Source of the DNA: Felis catus
Taxonomy: Eukaryota
DNA: 64,000 nt
Assembly: GCF_018350175.1 (NCBI RefSeq)
Contig: NC_058368.1
Location: 227,170,001 to 227,234,000, forward strand
Direction of reading: 5' to 3'
The position numbers and the translations under genes are program-made. A model generated the notes under the pieces. It saw nothing but the letters and a program-made list of their open reading frames with translations. It searched no databases and was not told where the DNA came from. Within the stretch, counting starts at the first letter, position 1, and each line of letters begins with the position of its first letter. Shown here piece by piece: positions 26,686-38,327 of the stretch.

Positions 26686-26895
26686 GGGCGCCTGGGTGGC
26701 TCAGTCGGTTAAGTGTCTGACTTCAGCTCCGGTCAGGATCTCATGGTTGGTGAGTTCGAGGCTCGCGTTGGGCTCAGAGCCTGGCACCTGCTTCAGATTC
26801 TATGTCTCCCTCTCTCTCTGCCCCTCCTCCACTCGCACTCTGTGTGTGTGTCTCTCTCTCAAAAATAAACATTGAAAAAAAAATTTTTAAACATG
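26686..26895 (+). mobile_element. CanSINE with small internal deletion
   Basis: TSD acattgaatg(c/t)ttcca. Confidence 0.92.
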
Positions 26896-27284
26896 ACATT
26901 GAATGTTTCCAAAGCCAAAATTAGATAACAAAATACACTCAAGAGATTCCTTCTTCCATTCCTATTCGACCCTGTACTCTTTGTTTCCCCATAGATAAAC
27001 TTCCGAATAGTTTTTGGTTTACACTTCCTGTGTGACTTTTCCACAAATATAAGCAAAACACATATGCATACACAACCATATTCATGTTTCTCTCCCATTT
27101 TACCCCCTTTCCCACCAAAAGAGCATATGATTTCACGGTTTGGCTCCTTGTTTTTTTTTTTTCACTTACCAAACTATTCTACAGACCACTCCATATCAGC
27201 GTGTTAGAAATTTTCCCCATTCCTTTTGGCAGTTCAATATTTTGGAAGCATCTGTGTGGTCCCTTTAAAAATATTAAAGGAGTC

Positions 27285-27490
27285 GGCGCACCTGGGTGGT
27301 TCAGTCCGTTAAGTTGTGGTGTGTCTGACTCTTGACTTTGCCTCAGGTCATGATCTCTGGGTTCGTGAGACTGAGTCCCACATCGGGCTCTGTGCTGACA
27401 GCAGGGACTCCGCTTGGGATTTTCTCTCTCCATCTCTCCCCGCCCCTCCCCCATGCACGTGTGCTCTCAAAATAAATAAACTTTAAAAGA
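27285..27490 (+). mobile_element. CanSINE
   Basis: Head, CT region and A tail present. Confidence 0.88.
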
Positions 27491-28210
27491 TAGGGGGTAA
27501 TAATTTTAAACATCAAAACAATAGCATATGGCTGGTCATTTGTGAAATTGTTTCTGTGAAAAGTAACTGTTTCCACCCTCCGAAATTAACGCTACCTTGC
27601 ACTTCTGGTGATGTTTCGTAAATATTTTTCAAAATGTTTTCTTTTTATCACCTTCTATGTGCCCGTTGTGCTAAATACAGAAAAGGAAAAAGGGAAAGTC
27701 TAGATCTAACCACGGTTAATAGTTGAGCACACTTTCTTCCAGCATGTTTCCTATATGTACACATTTTTTCTTTATACTTTTGAAGGTAGAGACTGCATCT
27801 TGCGGTGTCCTTCGGCCAAAGACTTTGTAAATTGAAGATAAAGCTGTACCCTCCTAACACTCTCTGAATCCAATTTAAATGCCTTTGTGATCGCTTCTTG
27901 GGTTCGGGGTAATTTAGAAAATTTCCCATTCATTATCATCACTTATTTTCTGGAGTTATCTTTTCCAACAACTACTAAGTTAAAATGAGGAAGAAAAAGA
28001 GAGGTCAATCACTCCCTTTGAAACCAGTTATCTGATTTGGAGTCTTTGACAGGAAAAAAAAAACAACAATTAAATGTCCCATTAACTTCCACATTGCCAT
28101 AGTGTGACTGAAATTCAGAGGCCTTTCAAATCTAAAAAGCGCTCCATGCCATAATCAAAGATGACACTATTAAATCACTCATTTAAAAAATGCACTTTTA
28201 GAATACTCAA

Positions 28211-28420
28211 GGGGCGCCTGGGTGGCTCTGTCGGTAAAGCGTCCAACTTCCGTTCAGGTCCTGATCTCGCAGTTCGTGAGTTCAAGCCCCACGTGGGGCT
28301 CTGTGCTGACAGCTCAGAACCTGGAGCCTGCTTCAGATTCCGTGTTTCCCTCTCTCTCTGTTCCTCCCCTGCTCACGCTCTCTCTCTCTTTCAAATATAA
28401 ACAAACATTAAACACTTTTT
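28211..28420 (+). mobile_element. CanSINE
   Basis: Full element; flanked by tactcaa. Confidence 0.93.
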
Positions 28421-28459
28421 GGGGGTACTCAAATAAGGATTGAGTATTCAATCCTTGTT

Positions 28460-28692
28460 TTTTTTTAAATTTATTTTTTATTTTTTTTTAACGCTTATTT
28501 ATTTTTGAGACAGGGAGAGACAGAGCATGAACGGGGGAGGGTCAGAGAGAGAGGGAGACACAGAATCCGAAGCAGGCTCCAGGCTCTGAGCTGTCAGCCC
28601 AGAGCCCGACGCGGGGCTCGAACCCACGGACCGCGAGATCATGACCTGAGCCGATGTCGGCCGTTTAACCGACTGAGCCACCCAGGCGCCCC
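28460..28692 (-). mobile_element. CanSINE (SINEC_Fc-type, low divergence)
   Basis: TSD tcaatccttgtttt. Confidence 0.95.
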
Positions 28693-29407
28693 TCAATCCT
28701 TGTTTTAATACTCAAACGGCCTTTCACTGACTCACTGGAATTTTCTGACCATTCCTCCTTAAGAAGGACTGTGAGCGTGTGCATGGGTCAGCAGCAGCAC
28801 TAGCAGGAATGTGGCAGGTCCTTGTCCAGAGCCCAGCCAAAGCAAACCCGGCTTGATGAGTATTGATCGAGGACCTCATCAACCCCGCCGTTCTAGACAA
28901 AGGTCAGTGTAATTAGATTGCTTTGAGTAAAATGAGCCCGTGGCCACCTAGACTAACAGAATGGATAAACCATAAGGTGATATTTGCTTTAGAAAAGTAC
29001 TTCCCAGAGAATTGCTTTAAATAACAAGCTCTCTTACTATATCTTAAATAAGATTTGACTACACTACGTCTTTCAGGAACTTGCCATTGAGGAGAGCCCT
29101 GTACACAGGTACTTCCTGTTTTGCTGGGAAGTCTTTTAAATAATATTATTTGGCACATATAACACAATAAATAATTACCAAATTTTCATTGTAATTATAG
29201 GGGATGTCGTTTGAGGTTACATCAGAGCTACAAGGTAAATTATCATCCTCTTTATCAAGGTCTTGGTAGGCTGTGGAATTTAAAAAGGTCTCTTAAAAGG
29301 GCATAAAATATGGCAAACATTTAATACTTTCAAATGGATTGTGAAATGCTGAAACCGGGACGTTGAGGTCTCTAGCTCCCTATTAACACAAGCTTTACAA
29401 AGCTACA

Positions 29408-29435
29408 TGTGACGTCACAGGCTCATTCCTACGTG
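29408..29435. promoter_or_regulatory. Full CRE palindrome (TGACGTCA, 29410-29417) with adjacent HRE-type TACGTG (29430-29435)
   Basis: Consensus motif matches in non-repetitive DNA ~1.9 kb upstream of the ATG; function not shown. Confidence 0.5.
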
Positions 29436-29755
29436 CAAAACTGCTTTATCACTTTTAATAACAAATTAATTCACCGTGCTAATTACACTTTAAAAGGAGC
29501 GCGGGCGAGGGGGGTGTGCAAAATAACCTGAGCAGGACGGGCCGTCCTTCAAAAATTATGACTTGCCACAGGGCAACAGTATTGGATAAACCAAAGACAG
29601 GTCCTTCTAAGTGGTGGGACTTTTGCAGGTCACGAGCCCATGAAGCTGATCTAAACAGGGGCTCTTTTCACCTCTCCTCTCACTAAGGCTATTTGCTAAG
29701 AGTTTTTGGTTCAGGGCACAATTCAGCAAAAGGGCCAGAAATATCCCACAACCCT

Positions 29756-29780
29756 CCCCCCCCCCCCCCCCCCCCCCCCC
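29756..29780 (+). repeat. C25 homopolymer
   Basis: Directly visible. Confidence 0.9.
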
Positions 29781-30900
29781 GCCTCCTTGAGACTCTTTTC
29801 GCTCACTGGGGCCTCAACCCTGCTGTCGGAGGGCGCTGCCGGAGATGGATGCCGGCTTCGCTGTCCGAGCTATTACGAAGTTTTAGGTAAAACATTCAAC
29901 ACAACTATTCTTTACTCTAAAATCACCGGGGCCCAGTATAATAAAAACAGTTTCTTCTGTCCTCTTTCCCTTGTTTACCTAAAAGAGACAGGCTTCCCGA
30001 GTTTGTTGTTGTTTTACAAGAGCGGTGCACGGAGGAGAATCTCGGCTCACTGTTCGCCAAGCGTGCTGGAGGCAGCTCGGCGCGCTCCAGAGGACCGCCG
30101 GCCCGGCCAGGGCGCACGCAGGGAGCGGTCCCCGCGGCCCTCCGCGCATCTCCCCCGGGGACACCCTGAGTGTGATGCACCCTCCGCTGCGACCTCTCCT
30201 CGGTCTCCGCGCCCGTCCAGAGCGGCAACTCCATCACCCCCGGCCCCTAGTTCCCAGGTGGGCCCGAAGCAGGCCCCCAGCCCCGCCGGGAGCTGCCGGC
30301 TCTCCCGGTCCCCGCCCGCCCGAGGCGGGCACCAAAGCCATCGCGGCGCCCGCCCGGGAGGGCTGCCCAAACCCGTTCCTTCCTTCACAGCCCCGAACGC
30401 CCCGATCCCTCCCGGCGCGTCCGCAGTCGCGTCCCCTGCCCCGCCTGCCAGTCTTCCACACGCCCCAGCCGTTCCCGGGACCGCGCGGGCGGTAAGAGCC
30501 CCGTCGCCAGCCCCGGCGGCCCCGGGGCCTCCAGCGGCTCGGCGCTCCGTCCCACGGCCTCCCCCGCGGCGTCCTCTGCGGCCGGTGGGGGGGGGGGGCC
30601 CGGGCCGCGCGCCGCCCCAGCCCCGCTTAGCCGTCGGCTCGCGCCGCCGCCCCTGGCCGCCCGGGGAACCGCAGCGAGTCCCACCCCGCGCGCCCCCGGG
30701 CGCAGCCGAGGCGGCGGCGGCGGCCCCACGGCCTGTGCGTGCGCAGCGCCCCCCGCGGCCGCGCCTAGCGCAGGCGGCGGCGGAGAGAAGGAGGGCGCCG
30801 CCCGCCCTCCCGCCCGGCCCCTCCCCAGCCCGCCGCCCGCCCGCCCCCGGGGCCGCCGGCGGTGTCCGCGCCTCCGCGCCCGCCCCTGATTTCCTCCGCA

Positions 30901-30926
<26 letters not shown>
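30901..30926 (+). repeat. (CGG)8 trinucleotide repeat in promoter
   Basis: Directly visible. Confidence 0.95.
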
Positions 30927-30931
<5 letters not shown>

Positions 30932-30940
30932 TGCGCGCGG

Positions 30941-30976
30941 TTATTTATTTATTTCCGGGCCCCAGAGCGCTTATAA
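30941..30976 (+). promoter_or_regulatory. AT-rich core promoter patch with TATA-like TTATAA (30971-30976); TSS probably near 30995-31005
   Basis: TTATTTATTTATTT at 30941-30954 and TTATAA stand out as the AT-rich island inside the GC-rich region, ~320 bp upstream of the ATG. TSS position is inferred. Confidence 0.5.
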
Positions 30977-31000
30977 TGGAGCCGCTGTCAGCAGAACCTT

Positions 31001-31033
31001 CTGCTGCCGCCGCCGCCGCCGCTGCCGCCGCTG
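31001..31033 (+). repeat. Interrupted (CCG/CTG)11 repeat at the start of the presumed 5' UTR
   Basis: ctg ctg ccg ccg ccg ccg ccg ctg ccg ccg ctg. Confidence 0.9.
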
Positions 31034-31086
31034 TCCCTCCTCTTTTTTTTCCCGGCAGATCTTTGTTGTGTGGGAGGGCAGCGGGG

Positions 31087-31116
31087 ATGGACTTGAGCTT
31101 GCGGATCTCCTGCTAG
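31087..31116 (+). other. Short uORF in ANKH 5' leader (MDLSLRISC*)
   Basis: gggATGG (G at -3, G at +4) through TAG at 31114-31116. Confidence 0.6.
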
Positions 31117-31434
<318 letters not shown>

Positions 31435-32943
31435 TGAACCCCGCGCCCCGCGCCCCGCTCGCACTTCTTGGCCTTAGACACCCGGGCGCCAGGGGATGAG
31501 AGCAGCGGGGAGTCACCTGCTCCGAGTGCCTTTTTTATCCTAGAACATTTGGTTGGGCTTGCAGCTTGTCAAGGATGACTTTTCCAGCACTCCATCCCCC
31601 CTGCCCCCAATTATTCAGCAGACTTTTCCAGCTCTCTCCGGAAAATGTTAAAAGACCAGAGGGATTAGAGCTTCACCTATAGAAGGGTTTTTAGTGCACA
31701 GCAGGAGTATTATGTAATTTGTTATTATGTAAACCTCAGGTCTGTAAGTAGTTGCATACATATAGCTCAAGTGCTTGGTTTTTATTTATCCGGTGTTGGT
31801 GGTGATGGTGATGGCGATGATGGGGAGATTTTGCATTACAGTGTGTCCAAGTTGGTTTCCAGGTACTTCTAATTTTTGGGTTTGGTTTTTTTTTTTTTTT
31901 TTTTTTTTTTTGCCCAGGTATGGATTACGGGTGCCCAAATGATAAGCCGACCGTTGGCCATCTCTAGTTTGGCGTTTGTTGATTTTTTTCTCTCTTGGAC
32001 CACTAAAGGAGGGGAGCACATTTTTGTTTGTTGCCTTCTCATCCTTGCTTCTTTTTCGTGCTTTTCCCCATTTCTCTCCATGTGGCGTCATTGCAAATGT
32101 AGCGCTGCAGACTCTTCAGCGGAGGGGCACCGGTACTCTGCACTTTGCCTGTGGGGACCGTTTTTGCAGGGCCTCGGGTGGGATGCAGCTACATCTCAAG
32201 GCCAGGAAGAGGATGGGGGGGGGAGGGGGTCAGTTCCTTGATGGGCAGGTGTGGAAACCGGCCGGGCGTGTGATGAGCCACACTCCTGGTATTGTAGTAC
32301 CTTCTTTCTTTCCCTGTAAGTCAAGAGACTTCGAGGGATGTTTATATAGAAAATGCACCTATGTTAGTGCACTTTTAGTTTTCCAAATCCAGTTTTTCAG
32401 AAGGGGGTTTGTTTGACTCCTCTAGTAGATGCGTATTGGCTTGGATTGGTCTCTCTGTACTCAGAACTTTTGACTGATTGCAACTCTACAGGCTCACTAA
32501 TACTTAGCCCACATTGTAAGCTGCTTTTTTGCTGCAAATTTTCTTGCCAATAAGTGTTTGCAACGTAGTATAGTCTCTAGAGACCTTTGTCTAGTAAGCC
32601 AACTAATTTCCCTTGGTGAAATCTTACATTTTTTCTGTTGCCACTTTGCTCTGACAGTTGCTTTCCAGGGTCCCCCAAGGGCTTCTCTGCTCTCCATCTC
32701 CTTCCTGCTCACCATCTCTTCTTTCCTAGTTAACTGGTGGCTTCGGGCATTTCCTATCATCTCTGGAAAGGTTTTAGGACCTGAATTTACTACGCTTCAC
32801 ATTTTAGATGAGTCAAGTGCTATATAGACGCCCGAACCTTTTACTATTTTAAGGCTTATTTTCTTGGAGCCGCCCCAAAGGTGGTCAGAAAGCCCGGGCT
32901 ACTCACCAGCCTACCAGCTTACTTGGTCACTTCTCGCTGAACT

Positions 32944-32945
<2 letters not shown>

Positions 32946-32981
<36 letters not shown>

Positions 32982-33001
32982 TGTGTGTGTCTGTGTGTGT
33001 G
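32946..33001 (+). repeat. (TG)n microsatellite in intron 1
   Basis: Directly visible, two interruptions. Confidence 0.93.
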
Positions 33002-34719
33002 GTGGGGTGGGGAGGGAGGATTATGTGGGATAACTGGTGAAGATAAGAGTATTCTTTGTCGTAAGTAAATGACTTGAAATATAACATAGTATTGCCTCAC
33101 ATTTGCCTTGATTTAATTCCAGGCCGATATCCCTAAGGATTTGATTTCAGTGTAAGGGAAAGGATCTCTCCTGAGGTCACAAAAGGGACGCTAGACATAT
33201 AAACAGTTATGCAGATGGTTTCTCCTTGTGGGTCTAATAATTCAAGTGCCTTCTTAAAACATTGCTAACCTAATTATCATAGCTGACATAAGCAAAGGGC
33301 CAGAAGCGTTGTCTTTTTGCACAGAAGCTTTATCAACAAGTGTTGTTTGAGGTCCTTATCCCTTAAGCGCCAGTGCATTTATGAGGTTGCAGGCTGTCTG
33401 GTGGTCAAGATAGCTTGTCAGAGTTAGGGGTGAAGGGATGGGGGAAAGAAATCGACAGGTTTGCCAAACCTTCTTTTGCCAGTATTGTTTGATAATTGTT
33501 TTTGCAAAATATGACAAGGTTAGAGGGATGGAACTTACTTTTTCTTAGTTTTAAACTAAGGAAGGAAGAGAATTAACAGTAGGAGTTGAAGAGTGACCTG
33601 GTCACATGTGGTAAGAACAGAGGAGCGTTTTACCCCAATTACTCGGAAACACAACAGCGAAGAGGAAGAATGAACCTGGTTGCAAAAGTAGGTCTACTTT
33701 GGACTTCAGAAAATATGCAGCTCTTGACTTGAGTTTTTAATCATAGTTTAGACAGATGGACACATGCAGATCTCTACCAATCTTCTGTGAGAGTGGGCAG
33801 GTATATTACACCTTCCCTTGAGCGAACAGTGCTTCATATTTCAGTAACTGACTAATCTTAAAGAAGAAATGTAACAAGGGAGTGCAAAGGTCAAAGGTCA
33901 AAGCAGCCTTTGGGTTGCATGCTGTGGAGATGATGGAGAAATGCAAAATTGAAAGGAAAACATCTCATTGGCTTTTCAGTCTCTGACTTGTCAAGAGCAA
34001 AAAGATAGTAAAATGACTTAAAATGTTTCTTAGATGGGTTTTTTTTTTTTAAATGGTTATAAACATCTCTGTTGTTCCTGTAGAATATATGGACAGAACT
34101 TTTATGGACAGAATATATGGACAAAAAATGGGATTCCAGCTGTATACAAGATTCCATTGCAATTTGAATAAACAACGCAGATGTGACCGTGTAAAGGAAT
34201 TATATAGTCATAAATTATCTCAGAGCTGTTAGTGCATGTGGGGGAGGGGCAAGGAAGAAGCCTGTAATGATTCATTCAGTGCCTCCTGAGATTCTCCATG
34301 AACATTCTGTTGTATACACTTCCCTATAATTTTATAGGTCAGTCAGGGAGGAAACCCAAATATTATGGAGTATTCTAACAAGACTAGCAAAAGCTATTAT
34401 CACATTTTAAATTTTGGTGGTGGTGGTACTTTGGGGGGGGGGGTGAGGGAGGGTTGAAATCTACACTGGGGAACAAAACTATATGGAATAAATGACCTGC
34501 TTTGTAATATTAAACAGAAGCACCATAGGAAAGAATGAGAATAAATCCATTACTGCAGAAACTAAAATAATGTTTGTAGAACCCTGTAGATGCACAGAAC
34601 ACTTTATAATAATGGCAGTATATCTAGAATTATAATTTTATCTCTATTTTTATACACTGAAAATCAAAAGTGTTAATTGCTTCCATTCACAGACCACTCA
34701 GTGTGTGCTTAAAGCATCT

Positions 34720-34835
34720 CAGCACATGTTGTCAATGAGGAAGGACTGAGAGGCTTAGAGGTGTTAAGTCACTTGTCCAAAATCACACAGGTATTACTGG
34801 GCAGCACCAGGATTCAAGCCCACATCTGCTAGGCC
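34720..34835 (-). mobile_element. MIR remnant
   Basis: gaggcttagaggtgttaagtcacttgtccaaaatcacacag...ggattcaagccca. Confidence 0.7.
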
Positions 34836-35453
34836 CTTAGTCATTCTGCTGTCTGCCTTCTCCAGTCAGGCTCATCCACTGAAATCCACCCAGGAGTTCT
34901 TAGAAATTTAGGATAAGTTCTGGCTTTTCTGATTCCCAACCTGGGCTTACACTTGATCTTAGCTGTCAGATTTTGAATTTATGATGTAAGACAATCATAA
35001 AATTCCATGATCCAAGAGGTTCACGGAAGAACCAAGTTATACAGATAATTTATATTGATAAATCAACAGTGTATCTTGTCTGTTGTTAAAAGGGAACAAA
35101 AAGATAAGCAACTGATACTTCACAATAAAATTGTTTAGAAATTACTTAGTCTTTATCACTGCAGCACTACAGATTGCTAAAATAGATTTTGAACAATGTA
35201 TTTCTTTAAAATATCTGCAGATGCCCATGTTGTCACTATGTTTAAAGGACTGTTATTTCTGCTTAAAACTAAACTCGGTACAAAGTCTTCGAATTCCTTA
35301 AAAGCCAAGTTCACCAAATTATGTTGGAGAAATCAGTGAACTTTGTTACAAGCTACTTAACGACACTTAAAGCATTAAGTACAAGTTTGTTCTGAAGACT
35401 TTGAAGGAGACAAGAAGGTTGAAATTGTTCTCAATTCAGAAGGAATGTGTTCT

Positions 35454-35627
35454 GGGCACCCGGGGGGCTCTGTGGGTTGAGCATCTGACTCTTGATTTCC
35501 CCTCAGGTCACAATCCCAGGGTCGTGGGATCAAGCCCCGTGTCAGGCTCTGCACTGAGTGTGGAGCCTGCTTAGGATTTTCTCTCTCTCTCCCTCTGCCC
35601 CTCCCCTATGCTCACGTTCTCGCTTTC

Positions 35628-35666
<39 letters not shown>

Positions 35667-35668
35667 AA
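35454..35668 (+). mobile_element. CanSINE with (AAT)n tail
   Basis: TSD agaag(g/a)aatgtgttc. Confidence 0.92.
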
Positions 35669-36550
35669 AGAAGAAATGTGTTCCTCCAAGTGTCAGGCAA
35701 TTCCCTTTTTCACACCAAAATGATAACTGTGGGTATTTCCAGTTGCCCTGAATGATTGATTCACTGAATTTGGTTGGGTCCAGTATGATAATTCAAAGAC
35801 CTAAAGTTTGTATCTGTGAACGAAGAGTTTTGTATATGGAGTGTTACAATTAGTAGCATAAGATGGGCAGTAGGAATGATAAGAGCCCTTCCTAACTTAG
35901 GAAACCTAGCGTTAGGCTTTCACAGTATAAGGGTCTCAAGTTGCTAATATCACAAAATGGAAAAAAAGGGAGGCCCAGGAAAAATAGTTGTATACATGTC
36001 CTTTCTGTCTACTAAGTAGAGAAATACATACCCCCACCCACCCAGACCAGGAGGTACAGGAATGGAAAAGGGTGAGTATCTGACACTGGCCACTGTTGGG
36101 AAGGGAGTGTGTGTCCATCCGAGGTCCCTAAGTGATGCAAGGGACTCCCCAGGCAGCTTGCCTTAAGTGATACTGAAACTGACCTGTGTATGTTCCACTG
36201 CGCAAAGTACCTGAAGCCGGAAATGGCTATCTCAGGCTAGGTTTCCTAGTAATCATGGGGGGCGGGGTGGGGGAGACTTTTTTTCCCACCTATTCTGTAC
36301 TAATGGAATACATTTCAAAATGACATTAATTGTTTTCTAATTATAAAAATAGTGTATGCTGGCTGTTTAAAAGTTGGATAAGGATTTTAAAGTGGAGGAA
36401 AAATAAAAAATACCCCTGATTCCACTCTGAAGAAAAAAAGCTCCTTCAACATTTTGCATATCTCCTGCCAATTTTGTTCCCCATAACCGAGATATGTATA
36501 TGTTTCACATGGAGGCCTCTTCCCCATGTCACTTGGAGTATTTAAGTATG

Positions 36551-36732
36551 GTTTTAAAGTTTTATTTATTTATAATTGAGAGAGCGTGCACATGCGTGCA
36601 AGTGTAAGCTCGGGAGGGGCAGAGGGAGAGAGAGAGAATCTCAAGCAGGCTTCATGGTCAGCACAGGGCCCAACGCAGGGCTCGACCTCGTGAAGCTGAG
36701 CACTTACCAAGCCGAGCCCCCCCGGGCTCCCC
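36551..36732 (-). mobile_element. Diverged CanSINE
   Basis: ggaggggcagagggagagagagagaatctcaagcaggct; TSD aagta(tgg/cga)ttttaa. Confidence 0.8.
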
Positions 36733-37004
36733 AAGTACGATTTTAATAGTAGCCCAGTATTTGATGATACAAGCATGCGGTAATTGCCTTCGCTGTATAT
36801 TCCGTTGTTTATTTTTCGTTCCTTTAGTATTTATCGAGTACCTACGTTTTTTGCAATGGTATTATTAATTTTTTATTACTTTTTATTATTTAAGAATAGT
36901 TGACATACTGCAACACAGTGATTTCACAATCCTGTACCTTACACAGTGCTCACCCCGGTAAGTGTGGTCACCACTTGTTACTGTACAAGGTTGTTACAAT
37001 ATTA

Positions 37005-37207
37005 TTTTTTTTTAACATTTATTTATTATTGAGAGACATGAGCATGGGAGGGAGAGACAGAGAGAGGAGGAGACACAGAATCTGAAGCAGGCTCCAAGCT
37101 CTGAGCTGTCAGCACAGAGCCCGACACGGGGCTCGAGCTCACGGACCGCGAGATCATGACCTGAGCCGGAGTCAGACGCTCAACCGACTGAGCCGCCCAG
37201 GCGCCCC
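37005..37207 (-). mobile_element. CanSINE inserted in an antisense L1 3' fragment (~36885-37320)
   Basis: Full SINE; L1-like flanks rejoin as gttacaatattattgactgtagtccctatgctgt. Confidence 0.92.
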
Positions 37208-38090
37208 ATAGTATTATTGACTGTAGTCCCTATGCTGTCCTTTCCACTTCCGTGACTTATTTATTTGGTAACTGGAAGTCTGTACCTCATGATCCCCTTC
37301 GCCTATTTCTTCCCCGATTTGTTTCAATGCTGAGGTTTTTTGTTTCCTGCAGTAGAAGGTTTCAGAGAGCATCTTTGTATAATAAGTAGATAATGTGTTT
37401 TTTTCTGACTGCCTTGGGCTTTATGCCTGGCATAATTTAGTGCCTTTTTCTGTTTCTCATTCATACACAGAAAATGAGGTCACTCTTCTCTGGCAGTCCA
37501 TATTTAGTCAAGGACACCGTGACCTCCTTAGTCCAATTGATACTCAGTTCTCCATGGTGTTTCCCAGTTCTCTTTAGATGTACATCTGCATTTAAAGTAC
37601 CTGCCTTTCGATGCACTTAAGTAGATTATCTCTAAAGCCACGGAGGTATAATCCTGCGGTGGGTTTCTTCACTTATTTATTTATTGAGTGGTTTGATGAC
37701 TAGCCTAACTACTACTTTGTTAGAATACTTCTTCCCAAGCATATCCTTCAAAAGATAAACACTTCATATATGAAGATAGTATCTAACTCTCTTTCTAGGA
37801 GTACGTCACATTTTTTTAAAGCAGTGAGCCCTAAGAATTAACCGTTTATGGTACCATCTCACCTTTTCGATGCAAAACGCCGAGTGTATGCCAGGGGTCG
37901 GTAATCTGGTTTCTGTGTCTTTTCACTCTCCCTTGTCTGACTTGGACAGGTTATGTTGGGATGGGAAGATGAGAGTCCCCGGATGGAAAATCATTCTTTT
38001 CCAATGGCTGTGTGAGTTGGGATAAATAAACCTTGTGAAACTCATACCAGAGTGACTTGGGTGATGCCTACATTTTAAGAAGTCAATCTA

Positions 38091-38327
38091 GGGGCGCCTG
38101 GGTGGCGCAGTCGGTTAAGCGTCCGACTTCAGCCAGGTCACGATCTCGTGGTCCGTGAGTTCAAGCCCCGCGTCGGGCTCTGGGCTGATGGCTCAGAGCC
38201 TGGAGCCTGTTTCCGATTCTGTGTCTCCCTCTCTCTCTGCCCCTCCCCCGTTCATGCTCTGTCTCTCTCTGTCCCAAAAATAAAATAAAAAAAAAAAGAA
38301 AAAAAAATTTAAAAAAAGAAAAAAAAA
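38091..38327 (+). mobile_element. Young SINEC_Fc-type
   Basis: gtggcgcagtcggttaagcgtccgacttcagccaggtcacgatc; perfect TSD aagaagtcaatct; long A tail. Confidence 0.96.

Noticed and set aside
29616..29625. NF-kB-like GGGACTTTTG
   Set aside because: Lacks the terminal CC of the consensus; too weak to call.
34082..34123. Three imperfect copies of AGAATATATGGAC
   Set aside because: Small local tandem repeat without unique spacers; not CRISPR-like, and the host is eukaryotic.
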